Positions 62,601 to 64,000 of a stretch of 64,000 bases of DNA are shown one piece after another (the first letter of the stretch is position 1; each line of letters starts with the position of its first letter). A program made the translations under genes and the position numbers. The notes below the pieces were generated by a model. It was not told where the DNA came from, ran no database searches, and worked only from the letters and a program-made list of their open reading frames with translations. Source of the DNA: Camelus dromedarius (taxonomy: Eukaryota); contig NC_087437.1 in assembly GCF_036321535.1 (NCBI RefSeq), positions 1,488,001-1,552,000 of the forward strand, given 5' to 3'.

Positions 62601-64000
62601 TCCCAATCAAATGAGACATAATTGGCTAATTTTATTCTAGCGGTGGACTTGGAACCCTTACCTTTCTATACGCAGCTTAATTTTCTTGCCATAACTCGGC
62701 TTCAGTGAGAAGCATGTTTTTACCGTTTCACAGACGGGCTTCCGTTTTGAACCACTAAACCATTACCGCACTCTTTCTCTCCATTCTTATTCATGAAAAA
62801 GTGAGCTCTCTACTGGAGTAAAGATGCTTCACGTCAGAGATGTGTGGCTCCCTTTGCCAAGGTCCAGAAGAAGAGAAAAGGAAAGATTGCTGTTTCCGAT
62901 GCTTCCATTCTGTCAGCTGAGGGATCTAGTTATCCGTGTGGCTGCCGTGGAACCTGCAACACCTTACCTCAGAGTCTCCTTTTTCTGGCTTACTAGGGGA
63001 GCCGCATTAGCTGAGTTCAAGGCATTCTGGACCATGTCGGGATCCCGGTGCTGAGGCAGCCCCTTCCCCCCACCCCCACTTCTTGTCATTTGGATCGTGC
63101 AAACTGTGTGCCAGCCGTGCGAACCCTGCTGGTGGCCAGGATTGCCCCCCCACGCGACGTGTCCCCAGTCCCTCGGCGTCCTTCACTGTTACCAGCTAGC
63201 TCCAGGAAGGGTGTGAGCTGGCTTCCACTGCCGTCCTTCTTCCTTCCTGTAGAGGCAGGCCCTCCATTTGCGCTAGTTGCCCCGAAATTTCTCTCCTGCG
63301 CTGCATACGCTGAAGAACTGCCTCAGAGTTTTCAGCTGCTAGAGGGCGCTCTTCTCCTCTCTTTGGTCCCCTTCAGCACTGACAGTGGAAATTGAGCAGG
63401 TGGGAAGGGCTTGGGGGTTCTCCGTATCTAGGGGCTCCCGATGCAGCAGATTCAACTAAGTGTGGGTTGAAAATATTCGGGAAAGAAACAGAAAGTTTCA
63501 AAAAGCAACACTTGAATTTGCCACACAACCGCAAATGCTTCCATAACATTGACTTTGCCTTACATACCACGTGTCACCTAGAGATGATTTAAAGTGCACA
63601 GGAGGACACAGCGAAAGACAATGTGACAATGAATGTATGAGTATGTTCCTGTATAACTAAAAAATTGTTCTCTACACTGGAATCCGACACAACATTGTCA
63701 AATGACTATAACTCGGGAAAAAAAGTTTGTATGTAAAAAGTAAAGTACACGGGAGGGTGCGTGTAATTGTCTGTAAGCCCTATGTCATTTTATGCAAGAG
63801 GCGTCAGAATCCATGGATGCTGGCATGTGAGGGGAGTCCTGGGAAAAGTGCCCCATGGTTACAAATGGATGACTGGAAGCCCAGGCCCCTTGTCCCAGCC
63901 TGTCTTGTCCCCACGTGGTCTGAAACCTGCCTATGCCACACTCCCCATGTCACCCTCCTCCAGCCCTGCAAGACTGCCCTCTTTTTCTGGAACAGTCCAA
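59688..64000 (-). repeat. Macrosatellite copy 4 (reverse subfamily, cut by the window end)
   Basis: Colinear with copy 3 at ~5030 bp offset through the last bases ('ctggaacagtccaa'). Confidence 0.93.
63415..63875 (-). mobile_element. MER2/Tigger-type relic with nested L1 3' end (copy 4)
   Basis: Reverse complement of the copy-2 element; L1 piece at ~63609-63745. Confidence 0.72.

Noticed and set aside
45226..64000. 5S rDNA, U1/U2 snRNA, tRNA or DUX-type cargo in the macrosatellite
   Set aside because: I saw no signature sequence for these RNAs on either strand and no homeodomain ORF. An Infernal/Rfam scan would be needed to exclude them fully.

Overview
This is mammalian, non-genic, pericentromere-like DNA. 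It is most likely from a camelid, judged by a Vic-1-like tRNA-derived SINE and camelid-type L1 3' ends recognised from memory and not database-checked. There are four zones. (1) 1-26.9 kb is a head-to-tail array of about 108 copies of a 248-249 bp satellite, with one PstI and one MspI site in most monomers and local higher-order periodicities, the clearest being a 12/13-mer of about 3.0-3.2 kb. (2) 26.9-34.6 kb is a homologous but much more diverged satellite on the opposite strand, organised as an A/B dimer of about 495-500 bp. It holds a 5'-truncated L1 with a 16-bp target-site duplication (TSD) and islands of monomers resembling zone 1. (3) 34.6-45.2 kb is low-copy DNA with LTR, L1, L2 and SINE relics and an old ~1 kb duplication bracketing possible degenerate exons. 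(4) 45.2-64 kb is a 5.0-5.2 kb macrosatellite or tandem segmental duplication: two forward copies meet two reverse copies at ~54,640, forming a large imperfect inverted repeat between two subfamilies. I found no intact recognisable protein-coding gene, RNA gene or CRISPR array. Nearly all tracked ORFs are by-products of the repeats, and the only proteins I recognise are L1 ORF2 remnants. All identities and spacings were read by eye.
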